Positions 1-12,790 of a DNA stretch of 64,000 bases are shown here, piece by piece (position 1 is the first letter of the stretch; every line of letters starts with the position of its first letter). The position numbers and the translations under genes were made by a program. Under the pieces are notes generated by a model. It had not been told where the DNA came from. It searched no databases and worked only from the letters and a program-made list of their open reading frames with translations. Source of the stretch: Octopus sinensis (lineage: Eukaryota). Location: positions 44,082,001 to 44,146,000 of the forward strand of contig NC_043008.1 in assembly GCF_006345805.1 (NCBI RefSeq), in the 5' to 3' direction.

Positions 1-127
1 TATGGTAAGTTCAGTGTTCCTTCATTTTATCCCCTTTGCGATATTAGTCCGGTTCATGTTTACTATTTCTCCCCATGTATTAAAAATATATAAACAAGAA
101 CTTTTACAGTATATATATTAAAAATAA

Positions 128-357
128 GGCGACGAGCTGGCAGAAACGTTAGCACGCCGGGCGAAATTCCTAGCGGTATTTCGTATGCCGCTACGTTCTG
201 AGTTCAAATTCCGCCGAGGTCGAATTTGCCTTTCATCCTTTCGGGGTCGAAACATTAAGTACCAGTTACGGACTGGGGTCGATGTAATCGACTTAATCCT
301 TTTGTCTGTCCTTGTTTGTCCCCTCTATGTTTAGCCCCTTGTGGGTAATAAAGAAAT
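128..357 (+). mobile_element. tRNA-derived SINE, family A (monomer)
   Basis: Head GGCGACGAGCTGGCAGAAACGTTAGC, B-box-like GAGTTCAAATTCC, core TTTGCCTTTCATCCTTTCGGGGTCGA..TAAGTACCAG, tail ending AAAGAAAT. Near-identical copies occur throughout the window. Confidence 0.9.
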
Positions 358-712
358 AGGTATTGTGTTCCTCGTGTTTCTTCGTTTGACTGTGGACAAG
401 TTATCTCAAGAACCGCTGGATGGATTGGATTCGGATGAAACTTTCAGGGATGTTTGGCCTAGTAACTGGCACCAACTAATTAGATTTTGGGATTGATGCG
501 GTACCGGACAAGGATTCTGGATTATTTTAGTGGGTTTTATTAAACTTAATCTGTGAAAGTTGTCGGTTTCATTTTTAGTATTCTCGTTCGTAAGAGCGGA
601 CGAGTTTGTTTCGAATATTCTCATTTTAAAAATCATCTCCGGTTAATCACTGAGAGGATATTGGTGTTGGCTTGGCAGAGGTTTGAGCTCTCGGAGTGTT
701 CTTCTTTGTATT
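358..712 (+). mobile_element. Helentron-associated (HINE/DINE-1-like) non-autonomous element remnant
   Basis: Internal CTCAAGAACCGCTGGATGGATT..ATGAAACTTTCAGGG..TTAGATTTTGGG and 3' end CTTGGCAGAGGTTTGAGCTCTCGGAGTG resemble the HINE layout as I recall it. A second 3'-end copy lies at 981-1015. Confidence 0.5.
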
Positions 713-715
713 AAG

Positions 716-925
716 ACGGCGAACCGAAACGTTTGTGACAGCGTCAGAAAAGATGTTTTGAGATATGTTTTGCGATCCTTTGCTTTCGGAGTTCAAATCT
801 CACTAAGGTTAACATTGCGTTTTTTCCAACTTTGGTCAGCAGAATAAAATATCAGTCACGTAATGAGATCGATGTATTTTGATTAACCTCTTCTCTCGAG
901 AATTGCTGGCCCTGTTCCAAAATTA
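716..925 (+). mobile_element. decayed SINE family A (older tail type)
   Basis: GGAGTTCAAATCTCACTAAGGTTAACATTGCG and tail GAATTGCTGGCCCTGTTCCAAAATT align loosely to family A. Confidence 0.55.
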
Positions 926-967
926 AAAAAACAACATTATATATCATTATTATTAGTAGCAGTAGTA

Positions 968-1020
968 TTCCGCTTGCGTTGCCTTGGCGCAGGTTTGCGT
1001 TCACTGAGCGTCCATGTTAT
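968..1020 (+). mobile_element. isolated HINE-like 3' terminus
   Basis: CCTTGGCGCAGGTTTGCGTTCACTGAGCG matches the 3' end at about 670-700. Confidence 0.4.
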
Positions 1021-1734
1021 CATTTAATTCATATTGTCTCCTTATATATTATATGATACTGTGTTATATTATATTACATAGTATGTCATCTATTATGTCA
1101 TATTATATATTATATCATATTACATTATATTATATTCATTAATGCATTTTAACCCTTAAAATTAACTGATGTTTTATAGCTAAGATATCAGATGCAAAAT
1201 TGGAAATCTCTATTACTGTTTATCAAGTTTTCTTTTCGAACTTTACATAATATGCCAACCCGCAAAATAATCACTGTTCTCCAAGTGTACCCTTCATGAA
1301 AAACGGTATTTAATCAAACGTGCAGCTTCTGTGAATGTTTCTGATTCCTTCCGTACGAAATATACACGCATGGTTAAACATCCAGCGGATAGATGTTATG
1401 AAACTAACGTGAATGCTAGAGTTTGATTGCATGAACGAACATTGCACCGCAAAGATGAAGCTATCAACAAATTCCAAAACTGTAGATTCAGCGCATACGT
1501 AGTTAAAATAGCTTAGACTAACGAAAGAATCTGAACGAAATCAAGAATTATATTTTATTTTATCTTATCTATCTAAAATCTACTTCATTTCAGCTTTATA
1601 AACTAATAAAGTATCCCACTGGCCGTCGAGGCAGCCTCTATAATTCTGCTCTTCTTGCAAAAACAACAGTCAAATCTCCCTGAAATTACTGCATTAAATA
1701 ATGCGATATGAGGTTTTCTTTTATCTTCTATCGT

Positions 1735-1990
1735 TTCATTGTTTTTGTCATTAGACTGCGGTCATGCTGGGGCACCACATTCTGGAATTTTAATCGAATG
1801 AATCGACCCTAGGACTTACTTCCTATCAAAACTGGTACTTACTTTATTAGTTTCTCTTTGCAGAACAGCTAAATTTCGAGGATGCAAGCACACCAGCACC
1901 GGTTACCAAGCAGTGTGGAGGACAAACACAGACACAAAGACACACACACACACATATATATCTATATACATACATATATATATACAGATG

Positions 1991-2021
<31 letters not shown>

Positions 2022-2225
2022 TATATATACGTATATATATATATATATGTATGTATATATACCACGGGCGTCTTTCCGGTTCCGTCCACCAAATCCATCC
2101 ATAAGGCTTTGTTAGGCCCGTGGCTATAGTGGAAAATACTTTCGCACGGTGTCACGCAAGCTTTTTACCAAACATCCAGACCCGCGTCTATTTCAGACGT
2201 ACACAACCATGCTCTCACGACCTGA
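1735..2225 (-). mobile_element. tRNA-derived SINE, family B, with internal (AT)n/(AC)n
   Basis: Reverse complement matches the family B copies at 3047 and 55910 (GACTGCGGTCATGCTGGGGCACC; TTTCCGGTTCCGTCCACCAAATCC). Confidence 0.8.
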
Positions 2226-3046
2226 ATTCATTCCATAATTGTGGTTCATCTCAGTTAATCAACACGAAGTACAAACGCAACACCGAAACGCTTCCATGTA
2301 ATGGTCATCTAACTGAACCGTCTTGTTGTTATTAGTTGATCTGCAACAAACAGCAGCGAAATTACACTGTATTGTCTTAAATTATAAAGCTCGTTCGATA
2401 ATATACTCCTCTAAATATCAGAGGAAAGACGAGGCGACAACCAATGGTGGATTGCGTCTATAGATATTGGTTGCCAGGGGACTAAGGCGTCCCATCTGCA
2501 ACTACAATGCTATCATTTTTCTTTCTTTTGTTAAAGTATTCATTTCAACTGTCTACAAACACAGCCAGGCTGAAATAATTAATGCATTCTTCAGGAGTGA
2601 ATAAAACATTCTCAAACTTGAGGGCATGGGCTTCTTAGATACTAACATGGACGTCCGTTTATGGATTCTAATAACGCAGGGGCCCACTTGCTATCGGGTA
2701 AGCTGGCAACCTGGCCAGTCCACCACTGGTGACAACTGTTATGACACTAGTAATCATTTGATCGGTACAAATCAGAGCTGGAAGCTAAATAAAGTGCTAC
2801 ACAATAAATACAACAGCGACAGAGATATGAACTTTCTATTATTGGTACAAGGCGTGACATTTTGGAAGAGATTAATAGTATATCACATGGATGAATAGTA
2901 GACCACATGGACCTCAGTGTGAAACTGGTACTTCTTAAATGGATTCCGAGAGGGTGAAAAGCAAAAACAAACTCGGCAGTATTTGAACTCAGAGCTTAGA
3001 GACGGACGAAATATCACTAAGAATTTTGTGAAATTATGTGTAGACA

Positions 3047-3219
3047 GACGCAGGAGTGACTGTGTAGTAAGTAGCTAGCTAACCAACCACATGGTACCGG
3101 GTTCAGTCCCACTGCGTGGCATCTTGGGATAGTGTCTTCTGCTATAGCCCCGGGCCGACCAATGCCTTGCGAGTGGATTTGGTAGACGAAAACTGAAAGA
3201 AGCCTGTCATATATATGTC

Positions 3220-3253
<34 letters not shown>

Positions 3254-3480
3254 ATATGTGTGTGTATGTGTTTGTGTTTGTCCCCCTAGCATTGCTTGAC
3301 AACCGATGCTGGTGTGTTTACGTCCCCGTCACTTAGCGGTTCGGCAAAAGAGACCGATAGAATAAGTACTGGGCTTACAAAGAATAAGTCCCGGGGTCGA
3401 TTTGCTCGACTAAATGCGGTGCTCCAGCATGGCCGCAGTCAAATGACTGAAACAAGTAAAAAAGAGTAAAAAAAAGAAAG
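3047..3480 (+). mobile_element. SINE family B, full length
   Basis: Head GCAGGAGTGACTGTGTAGTAAG..GGGTTCAGTCCC, CORE-like CATCTTGGGATAGTGTCTT, central (AT)n(GT)n, tail CAGTCAAATGACTGAAACAAGTAAAA. Confidence 0.9.
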
Positions 3481-3847
3481 AGACTTTTCAAAACACTGGG
3501 GAGCGTATGGAAACTCATCCACATAGGGGTTCCAAAGCACTGACAGTTTTGGAAACGCTTGAAAACAATGACAAAAACCTTGTTCGCATGTATTTATTGC
3601 TTCTAAAGATGTTATCTGCGTTTCAACATATACCAGGCAGACCAAAAGAACATCTTGTATATTTACAAGGAAGGCCATGTTTTGCTACTTACATTGCATG
3701 TTTTATTGGAGATCTGAACAAGTTAACTTTTATTTAAAACCTTTTTCAATCCTTAACTAGTATACAATAATCTTACCAGGAAGTTTAAACAGCTTCTCTT
3801 CTTTCATCTTACTTGCGGCAAAATAATTTCATTTTACTGTTGTCAGA

Positions 3848-4221
<374 letters not shown>

Positions 4222-4737
4222 TACCTGCCAGTGTAGACCGTCATTATTCCCTCCCGGATTTTACAACATCGTCCAATGATAGTGTAGCATAGAGATTCCT
4301 GAGTCAGTGAAACAAGAATCATTTATCTAGCTTCAGAAATACGATATTGATTATGATTTAAGTGGATTCGATATCGAGGCAAGGAGATAGTAAATTACAC
4401 GTTACTTTGCAGCTATTTTTGTGGTCAAACATTACTGTGTATATGTTTTTTCTTTTATAATAGCATCACTGGCTATACATTTATGTGATGGAAACTCTCC
4501 ACTATATCCTGCAAACTATGTGATACCATATATTTTATTTATCTATGTTTCAGGCCAAACTCATCTCTATCATTTTAAACCGTGTTTACAACGCTGTAGA
4601 ACTAAATGGATTGCAGTCGTGTTCGGCGATGAGTACTTGTTCGGCCAACCAGATGAATTACCTGCTCATCGTTCTTAACATGGCAGTGGCTGATTATTTT
4701 CGTGGCACGTGTACAATTAACCATAATTCCTATATAG

Positions 4738-5208
4738 TAGTGCCGGGTTAATCATTAAGGGAAATAATCACGTGCTTAATGCATCAAATGAACGGTAGCC
4801 CCACAGAAATAGCACATGGTTTACAGAGAAAAGAGAAATCACGTTGAACTCGCTAAAATAACTTCCAAGTTGGTTTATATGATCGGAAACATAATTTCGA
4901 AGTATCTATGGTCTCAATCAAGGGATCTTATCAAAGCATTTGCAATTAAAGTGAAGTAATTAAAGGTTTTGCACTTAAAGTGAACTAAGTGAAATTTGCA
5001 ATTAAAGTGAAATAAGAGATGACATTTTCAAATATTAATTGGAAGTATAAAAGGATAAACGGGATTTTCCATTTTATTTTTACTTTTGTTTTATGAAAAA
5101 TAGATTTATTTTATGGTTTATTATTGTTTATATTTTGAATTTCATATATATGGGACCTCGAAAATCTTTTAAGTGCTTAGAGCATCTATGGATGTTACTT
5201 CGGCTTTG
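4738..5208. mobile_element. decayed hAT-type non-autonomous DNA transposon
   Basis: Flanks CTATATAG (4730-4737) and CTAGATAG (5209-5216) form a 7/8 TSD. Degenerate TIRs TAGTGCCGGGTTAA and rc CAAAGCCGAAGTAA. Internal TTGCAATTAAAGTGAA-like motif x3 at about 4940-5015. Confidence 0.5.
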
Positions 5209-5400
5209 CTAGATAGAATATGCATGAGGCAGTGTGCTACAACTGGAATTATAGATACAGCACATGTGACAGAGTTCTAACGCATCACTCCACCAATTTT
5301 CACTCCACCAGTTTTCATGGGGAACTCACCAGACTATGTATCAACTTTCTGCTCTTGTGTCAACTATTATTTGTTTCTATGGATGTAATTTATTCATAAA

Positions 5401-5793
5401 CTAGCAGTATCGCCCGGCGTTGCTCGGGTTTGTAAGGGAAATAACTATATTAGCATTTTTAGAGAGTTATATAGAAAATTAGCAAAAAAATGCATTAAAA
5501 ATGGAAAAATAATGATGGTAGATTTTTTTTTAAATCATTGACTCATCGTAGACATTTTTAGAGAGTTACTTCCCTTATATAATAGCGGAAAAATGCATTA
5601 AAATGGAAAAAAAATGATGGTGAATATTTTTTTTAAATCGTAGACTCATCGTAGACGCGCACTAATAAGGGCTCGATATGAATGACGACTATAAGATACC
5701 CGGTTTTGGTTAAACTGCACCTCAAAATGTGGGAGTAGTTAGGAATCTAAATCGTGGGAGACAGACACACTACTTGACTTTTATATATAAAGA
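5401..5793 (-). mobile_element. non-autonomous Helitron
   Basis: Minus strand begins A|TCTTTATATATAAAAG and ends with hairpin CCCGAGCAACGCCGGG plus CGATACTG-CTAG|T. Inserted between A and T with no TSD. Internal ~100 bp tandem duplication. Confidence 0.85.
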
Positions 5794-6352
5794 TATCTGT
5801 ATCCTTCTCGTATGAAGGTCTATTTCTTGTTTGTATTATCTGAAAAGCAACAATAATGATTTTTACCATCAGTCCTTGTACTCAATCGATTTTATGCGTA
5901 GTAGTTAGTGGTACAACATATGCCGACAACCAGAGATGATACAGAAAAATTGATAACATATTTAAAACCAGCGTCCAAAATTTACCGAAATAGAGGGTTA
6001 CCGTCTCTGACACGAGGTTCTGTATTCCCCACCTGTTTGCACTCACTAAATGATGTCTTGGTTTTAATCTAACGTTATTGCTTCCTTTTTAATAATTGAT
6101 GAGTGGAATTATAAACAAAATACCGCATCCTATATCTCTTAGTTAGTATATAAGTCCAATCTTTGCTGCCACACCGCAACAGTTTGTCATATTTATGAAT
6201 TCACGTCTTTGAATGACCTCGTTAATTACGTTTAAGTTCGTATTTGATTTATATGCACAATTCAAAACCAATATTTCATTGTCTTTAACATCATTAATTC
6301 AACACACTAATATATGGTATCTGTTTGTTTTTCAGTACAGAAAGGATCTGAG

Positions 6353-6634
<282 letters not shown>

Positions 6635-8438
6635 ACAGGAAGTTCTCCAAATGGATTAGTAAAAATTCTGACGTGTTTCTCATTAGATATAATCCATCCT
6701 TGCCAGGGGCTAAATTAATTTGCTCTAGGATATGGAAATCATGGTAGTGGCAACGTTACATCGAGTTTCATTCATTTCAAATCATCAATTTACTCTTCTC
6801 ATAAAAAAAAAGTGTCATAGTATTTTCTTTTGCGCTTAAAGAAATTCCTGCGACAGCAATCATCTTTAAATCAATAATAAGTTGACACACCAAACAGGAA
6901 GTGAGTTCCAAATATATGTCATACATTATCACAAATAATTCTACATAAGGATAGATGCCATATTCATTATTTACATCATGCAGAAGATCGTCTACATTGA
7001 ACGTCATTCGTAATTTGTCTCCAAGGAGCAGGCGTCTTCCTTCTTCGTTGTTTTAACGTTTAAACATAAAGTCGGTCAAAATGGCCAAGTTATTAGATCG
7101 TGTGATAGATTTACTTTGAAGTAGTCGTGTCAGCGTTTTGTGCCTTTTTATCTGAGTTCAAATCTTGCTGAAACAAGCGTTGTGGTTCATCGTCTCGAGT
7201 CCGATAAATAAAATACCTAGAATGAAGTCGTTTTGTCGTTTTATGTTGTTTTACTTTCTCCGGAAAATATTAGCTGCAATTGCCATTAGAGAGAGACGGG
7301 CCTTGCCAGATCTAAGAAATGCCAAACATATGTCATACGTCACAACTGCGACTCTTAGACTCTGTCAAGGAGTCAGTGTGCAAAGGTATAAAGCTAGCCT
7401 ATACTTACCTTAATGCCGCGAATTAAAAGCCTTCTGAGCATCGGCTGGGTTGTCGCACAGTATTTTCTCTGGCTTTCTGGCATGTCGCTTCAAACTCCTT
7501 TCTTCCATCGAGAAATAAAGTAATAGTGAGATAGTCGGGTTGATTCCACTACTTTTGTCTTCCTCTCTTTCTCTGGAAATCAGTTGCGTTGTACTATAGC
7601 AATAAATGTGGGAGACTACACATATAAAGTATCTATCTTTCTTAGGAAATTAAGAAAATTTAAGCAAGAGGTTTGGCAACCTCTTCTCAAAGAACAAAAA
7701 ACGCAAACCACCTCTATATACTGGAATTGTTCAAGAATGAGCCTATTTGTTGGACAATACAGCATTGATTTAAAGATTTCAAATTTGATAATGACGGTAA
7801 TTTTCTGTAGGATTGTCAGCATCATCGACTCCAGTAGTAGAATACTTCCTCATTTTATGAATTTCAAAGGAATGAAAGGTAAACCTGACCTCGGCAGGAA
7901 TGGAAATGAAAATATACTGGAAGACGCGGTAAGCATTATTCCAATGAACTAACAATTCTTCTAATCCGTCATACAACCGAATTGATAAAATAGAGAATAC
8001 ATTACAATATATATGATATAACAAACGTGACTAAACTTCTAAACATAAGTAGGCTAAGCTTCACTAGATTATAGAAAAGACTAAATTAGACTACGTAATA
8101 CAAGAGTAAAATGCACGAAAATACAGTGGAACAGAATATATTTTGTTCGATATTTAATTAGCGACATCTTACACAGAGTTAAATTTTCGAGAGTAAATTT
8201 ACTGTCTTAATGGATTATATGACAACAGTAAACTTAATAATATATCTCGTGCATCTTGTTTAGTTGTCTACATTCAAGTTACATTTCCATTCCATTTTCT
8301 CTAGTTGCGCAACTTCTATTCAGAGTAAAACTATATCTGGAAACTATAACTAAGGAAACATTGACGATATCTGTGGAAATTAGCTTATTTCAAGAGGTTT
8401 CCCATCTTATATAAGTCATGTTATATAAGTCATTACAA

Positions 8439-8767
8439 GGCGTTGAGCTGGCAGAATCGTTAGCACGCCGGGCGAAATGCTTTGCGATATTTCGTCTGCC
8501 GTTACGTTCTGAGTTCAAATTACGCCGAGGTCGACTTTGCCTTTCATCTTTTCGGAGTCGATTAAGTAAGTACCAGTTATGCACTCGGGTCGATGTAATC
8601 GGCTAAATCCATTTGTCTGTCCTTGTTTTTCCTCTCTGTGCTTAGCCCTTGTGGGTAGTAAAGAAATAGGTATTTCGTCTGTCATCACGTTCTGAGTTCA
8701 AATGCCGCCAGGTTCGACTTTGCCTTTCATAATTTCGGAGTTGAAAAATTAGGTACCAGTTACTGAC
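8439..8767 (+). mobile_element. SINE family A, monomer plus partial second unit
   Basis: Full unit to AAAGAAAT (~8668), then AGGTATTTCGTCTG restarts the body. Confidence 0.88.
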
Positions 8768-8810
8768 TTATATAACCCTTTCTATACTAGAAAGGGTTAT
8801 ATCACTCAGT
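8762..8810. repeat. inverted repeat / hairpin
   Basis: ATATAACCCTTTCTA-TAC-TAGAAAGGGTTATAT is a perfect 15 bp stem (8770-8802), extendable by ACTGA/TCAGT. Confidence 0.9.
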
Positions 8811-8920
8811 AGAATCACATCCATGAATACAGTTATAAGAATTTCTGAATATTTGCAACAAGTCTGTAATTTGTAATGTATGGTTAAGATGTAAGTAGAT
8901 TTACTCCTAAGTAAATAATC

Positions 8921-9911
8921 TACAGGGGTTGGACAAAATAATGGAAACAACTAGTATCATAATTTTGAAATATATATAAAACCACCAAACGCCTGTTTAT
9001 TTTTGCTTTCTTTATTTACTATTAATGTTGCTTAATATGTTTTGCTAACACTGCTGTTTCTTTTCAGATATCATCAGAAAAAAAGTAATTAAAATTCATT
9101 AAAATGACAGATCTAACGGACTTTCAAAGAGGTCAAATTGCTGGTGCTCGTATGGTAGGCGCTAGCGTAACAAAAATAGCCGAAATGTTTGGTGTGTCAA
9201 AAAGTAATGTCTCGAAAGTAATGACAGCTTTTGAGAAAGAGAATAACCTCCTCGTCGAAACAAAACTCAGGAAGAAAACCAAAACTTTCAGATAGGGACC
9301 GTCGGATTCTTACGTGAATTGTTAGAAAGGATTACAACGTACAGCTCCCAAAATTACTGCAGAGCTTCATGACCACATCGAGAACCCAGTTTCCACAAAA
9401 ACTGTTTACCGGGAGCTGCACAAAGCCTGATTTCACGGGAGGCTGCAATAAAAAAAAACACTACTTTCAAGAGCAAACGTTGAAAAGCGTTTAGAGTGAA
9501 GTAAAAACCTACAGAATTGGTCCCTAGAGCAGTGAAAGAATGTCGTTTTCTCGGACGAGTCATCCTTTACGTTATTTCCGACCAGCGGCCAAGTTTACGC
9601 GAGGAGACAGCCAAAAGAAGCAATTAACCCAGACCGCCTTCTTCCAATTCTTAAACATGGAGGAGGGTATGTGATGATCTGGGGGTCTATATCTTGGAAA
9701 TCCGCCTGCCCTATGGTTTGCCTTCATGGCAGTATTAATAGTCAAGACTATCTGATCAAATTCATCCTATGGTTGCGGAACTGTTTTCGGAGGCAAATGT
9801 AATCTTTCAGGATGATAATACACCAAAAATTTTACTGAGTAGCACGAGGAACTTTCTAGTGAAGTTGAACATCTTATCTAGCCACCACAGTCCCCAGATC
9901 TCAATATTATT
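8921..9911 (+). mobile_element. Tc1-family transposon, 3'-truncated
   Basis: TA plus left TIR CAGGGGTTGGACAAAATAATGGAAACA, followed by a degenerate transposase. No right TIR seen. Confidence 0.9.
9104..9910 (+). pseudogene. Tc1 transposase pseudogene (HTH + DD34E-type domain)
   Basis: MTDLTDFQRGQIAGARMVGASVTKIAE..., SDESSFTLFP (first D at 9554), HGGGYVMIWG, FQDDN (second D at ~9811), PPQSPDLNII ending just before the catalytic E. Multiple stops and frameshifts. Confidence 0.92.
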
Positions 9912-9979
9912 TACAGTGCCCTATCAGAAAAAAAAAGTCTCTATCATGAAAGCGACAGAGACATTTTATTCTGATAGGG
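9912..9979. repeat. foldback with TA-CAGTGCCC (Tc1-like TIR) start
   Basis: CCCTATCAGAA-A7-GTCTCT ... AGAGAC-ATTTTA-TTCTGATAGGG (9919-9979), about 23 bp imperfect arms. Confidence 0.8.
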
Positions 9980-10784
9980 ATTTAGGGCTTGTCAACGCCG
10001 TGAAACCATTTGTCACTTGCTTTGATGAAATTTTAGCTTTCGTGTATAACAAAAATGAACAATGCATTCTTGGTATTGCGGAAAGGTTGCCAAGTCCATG
10101 TCGTTGAAGAGCTGTAAGTAGCGCGGAACGCATCTGTCCTTCTCGTTACGTACTGCTGTGATATTATTTCCCTGGCTTCGATATAATTTGTGCTTTTATG
10201 ACAAAAATATCTTTGACGAAATTTTCTCTCTAACAAAAACAAAGCCTTAATAAAGCAGAACCATTAAGGCTTTAGTCAAAGCATCGTTTCCAGTACACAT
10301 ATTTAAGCCTGGTAAATATTCCAATTGTCTGTTTTGCTGAATAGCTAAGTTATGAGGATAGTAGCCTACTCGCGCAGCTAGTGTGGTGGTATCGTTCGAA
10401 CTCTAAAACAATGCGTGGAATGCTTTGTGACGAGCGATGTTTAAGAACATCGGATAGCCTTGCTGATTGGATAATGTAGGTAAACTTATACAAAAATACA
10501 AGCGGGTTCATGGATTGAGGTTAGGAACATACAGTTTATTATGATTTTATTTAGTATAATTTATTATGGTTTTATTGACCATATTCCCATCTCCGATTCA
10601 CAAACGTATAGCAGCGGTCCTTGAATTTTTTAACCTCTGTGAATGAACTCGGAAAGCCTTTCTCGATATTCTTAAAAGCAACTTAAAACGTAACTACCTA
10701 CCTACCTACCGAAATACATACATACATGCATACATAAGTGGTTGGACACGTTATCATACAATGATGGCTTCTGTTCCTGAAACG

Positions 10785-11040
10785 GACTATGCGTTGGCTC
10801 TTGAGCAAAATACTTCACTTTATGTTGCTCCAGTCTAATCAACCGACAAAAAATGAGTTAAACTTGTTTGTCAGACAACAAGACTTGTCCCTTTTTATAT
10901 CACGCTATCTCCCTGAGAATTATGTTAAGGGTACGCGTGTCTTTGCAGTGCTCAGCCAGATGCACGTTAATTTCACGAGCAGGCTGTTCCGTTGATCCGA
11001 TCAACTGGAAGACACGTCGCCTAATCGGCGGAGTGCCAGT
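10785..11040 (+). mobile_element. SINE family C (CORE-like), 5'-truncated
   Basis: CTTGAGCAAAATACTTCACTTTATGTTGCTCCAGTC and GCACGTTAATTTCACGAGCAGGCTGTTCCGTTGATC are shared with 32686-32990. Confidence 0.75.
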
Positions 11041-11409
11041 TATACACACACACACACACGCACATATATATATCTCTATATATAAAATATATATATATGC
11101 GTAGGACTATACGCATGCACAAATACAACGCACGCCAATTCTTACACATCATTATGAACACATATGACTTCAATATATCTTTCGCTGTAATCTGTACTGT
11201 TTACCCACGTTTATCTCATAGGTCGGAAGTTTTTTGCTGTCGAGGCTGCCTGAAATAATTTTGTGTATCGACACCTAATTCCATGCGTTGTATAGAGAAT
11301 AATGTACTTAGTTCTCCATAGATGTTATATAAAACTTGTATTAAAACATGAATTATTCAACGTTTTACACATATAACCGACTAATGTTATGTTACACGAT
11401 ATGTTGCTG

Positions 11410-11438
11410 GCATACATACATACATACATACATATATG

Positions 11439-11528
<90 letters not shown>

Positions 11529-11590
11529 CATATGTATATAAACATGTATATATATGTATATATATATTTGCCTATAAGCATTTATGTATG

Positions 11591-11639
<49 letters not shown>

Positions 11640-11921
11640 ACTTCATTTAACATGCACCAAAGTCTATTGTTTTCATATGAAAATATAAAATTATTACATA
11701 CATGGTAAGATGTGTATGAATGTGCGTGTGTGTATGTATGTATGTATGAACGTATGCATGTATACATATATATATATATATACATGCATATTGACATGTC
11801 TGTGTATGTATATATGTTTACAGGTTACATATTCATACTTACATATCTATATATTTACTAAAACATACATGCATATATGCATTATAGTGACATAAACACC
11901 CACTCACAAAGATACACACAC

Positions 11922-11982
<61 letters not shown>

Positions 11983-11990
11983 TATATACG
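11410..11990. repeat. compound (AT)n/(ATAC)n/(ATGT)n microsatellite field
   Basis: Direct reading. Confidence 0.95.
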
Positions 11991-12209
11991 CATATATGCT
12001 CATGTACATAAACATGTCCGCCTGTATATATATGTGTATCATGTCCGCTATATGGTTCGTATAGCTGGGAATCAGCTTTCTTTGAATGTGGGTGTAGTCG
12101 CTCGTCATATTCTAAATCCAAACTGCTTTTGCCCTTTAACATTGATAAATCAATTCCTTCTTCTGTTCTTCTGTGGCCTCACCATAATTTCATTTATGGA
12201 AGAAATCTC

Positions 12210-12790
12210 AGTTCGCTCCTTAAATATCTTTGTCATGCTTCTTCTTCTCGGCCGTTGTTCCTTTTATTTATTTATTTTTTTCTTCTCTTTGCTTTATTGT
12301 TTTGTTTCATTTTTCCTTTGTTTGTTTTCGTTTTACTTTCTTTCTTTCTTTTTCATCGTGCCATTAGTCGTTAAGGCGATAACTGTTAAGTGTAAAGCTG
12401 TCAGGGAAGAAAATCTAGCGAGTTCTACGTTAACAATAGCAACAACAACAACAGCTTCTCCTCCCTTCTCTGGAAGCATTAATAAGTTAACAGAAACGAA
12501 CGCTTTTTGTTGTTGTTGTTGCTGTTGCTGTTGTTGTCGATGTTCATCTACTTCCTCTTCCTTTTCTTCCACTTCTTTTTCGTTGTCGTCGTCTCCTTCT
12601 TCTTTCTTTCTTCTTCTTCTTTTTCTTCTTCGTCTGGTCCTTCTTTTTCTTCTTCTTTATCTCCTCCTTCTTCTTCGTTGTCCTCGTCGCCTTCTTCTTC
12701 TTTATCTTCTTCTTCTTTTTCGTCGTCTCCTTCTTCTTCGCCTTCCTCTTCTTCTTCGCCTTCTTCTTCTTCCTCTTCGGCGTCATGATA
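12210..12790. repeat. pyrimidine-rich low-complexity tract with (TTG)n/(TTC)n/(TCG)n triplets
   Basis: Direct reading; accounts for the overlapping Ser-, Leu-, Lys- and Gln-rich ORFs. Confidence 0.9.

Noticed and set aside
4545-4751. ORF with NYLLIVLNMAVADY resembling GPCR TM2, after an acceptor-like TTTCAG at ~4551
   Set aside because: Only a short motif, no flanking TM1/TM3, no convincing donor, and the end runs into a hAT-like element.
7400-7510. Strong minus-strand donor AAG|GTAAGT (~7410); another CAG|GTAAGG at ~17270
   Set aside because: The upstream frames are short or closed by stops and the peptides are unrecognisable. No gene model could be built; non-coding exons cannot be excluded without RNA-seq.
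10101-10132. Hammerhead-like remnant CGTTGAAGAGC..GCGCGGAACG
   Set aside because: Both core boxes are mutated; indistinguishable from chance.
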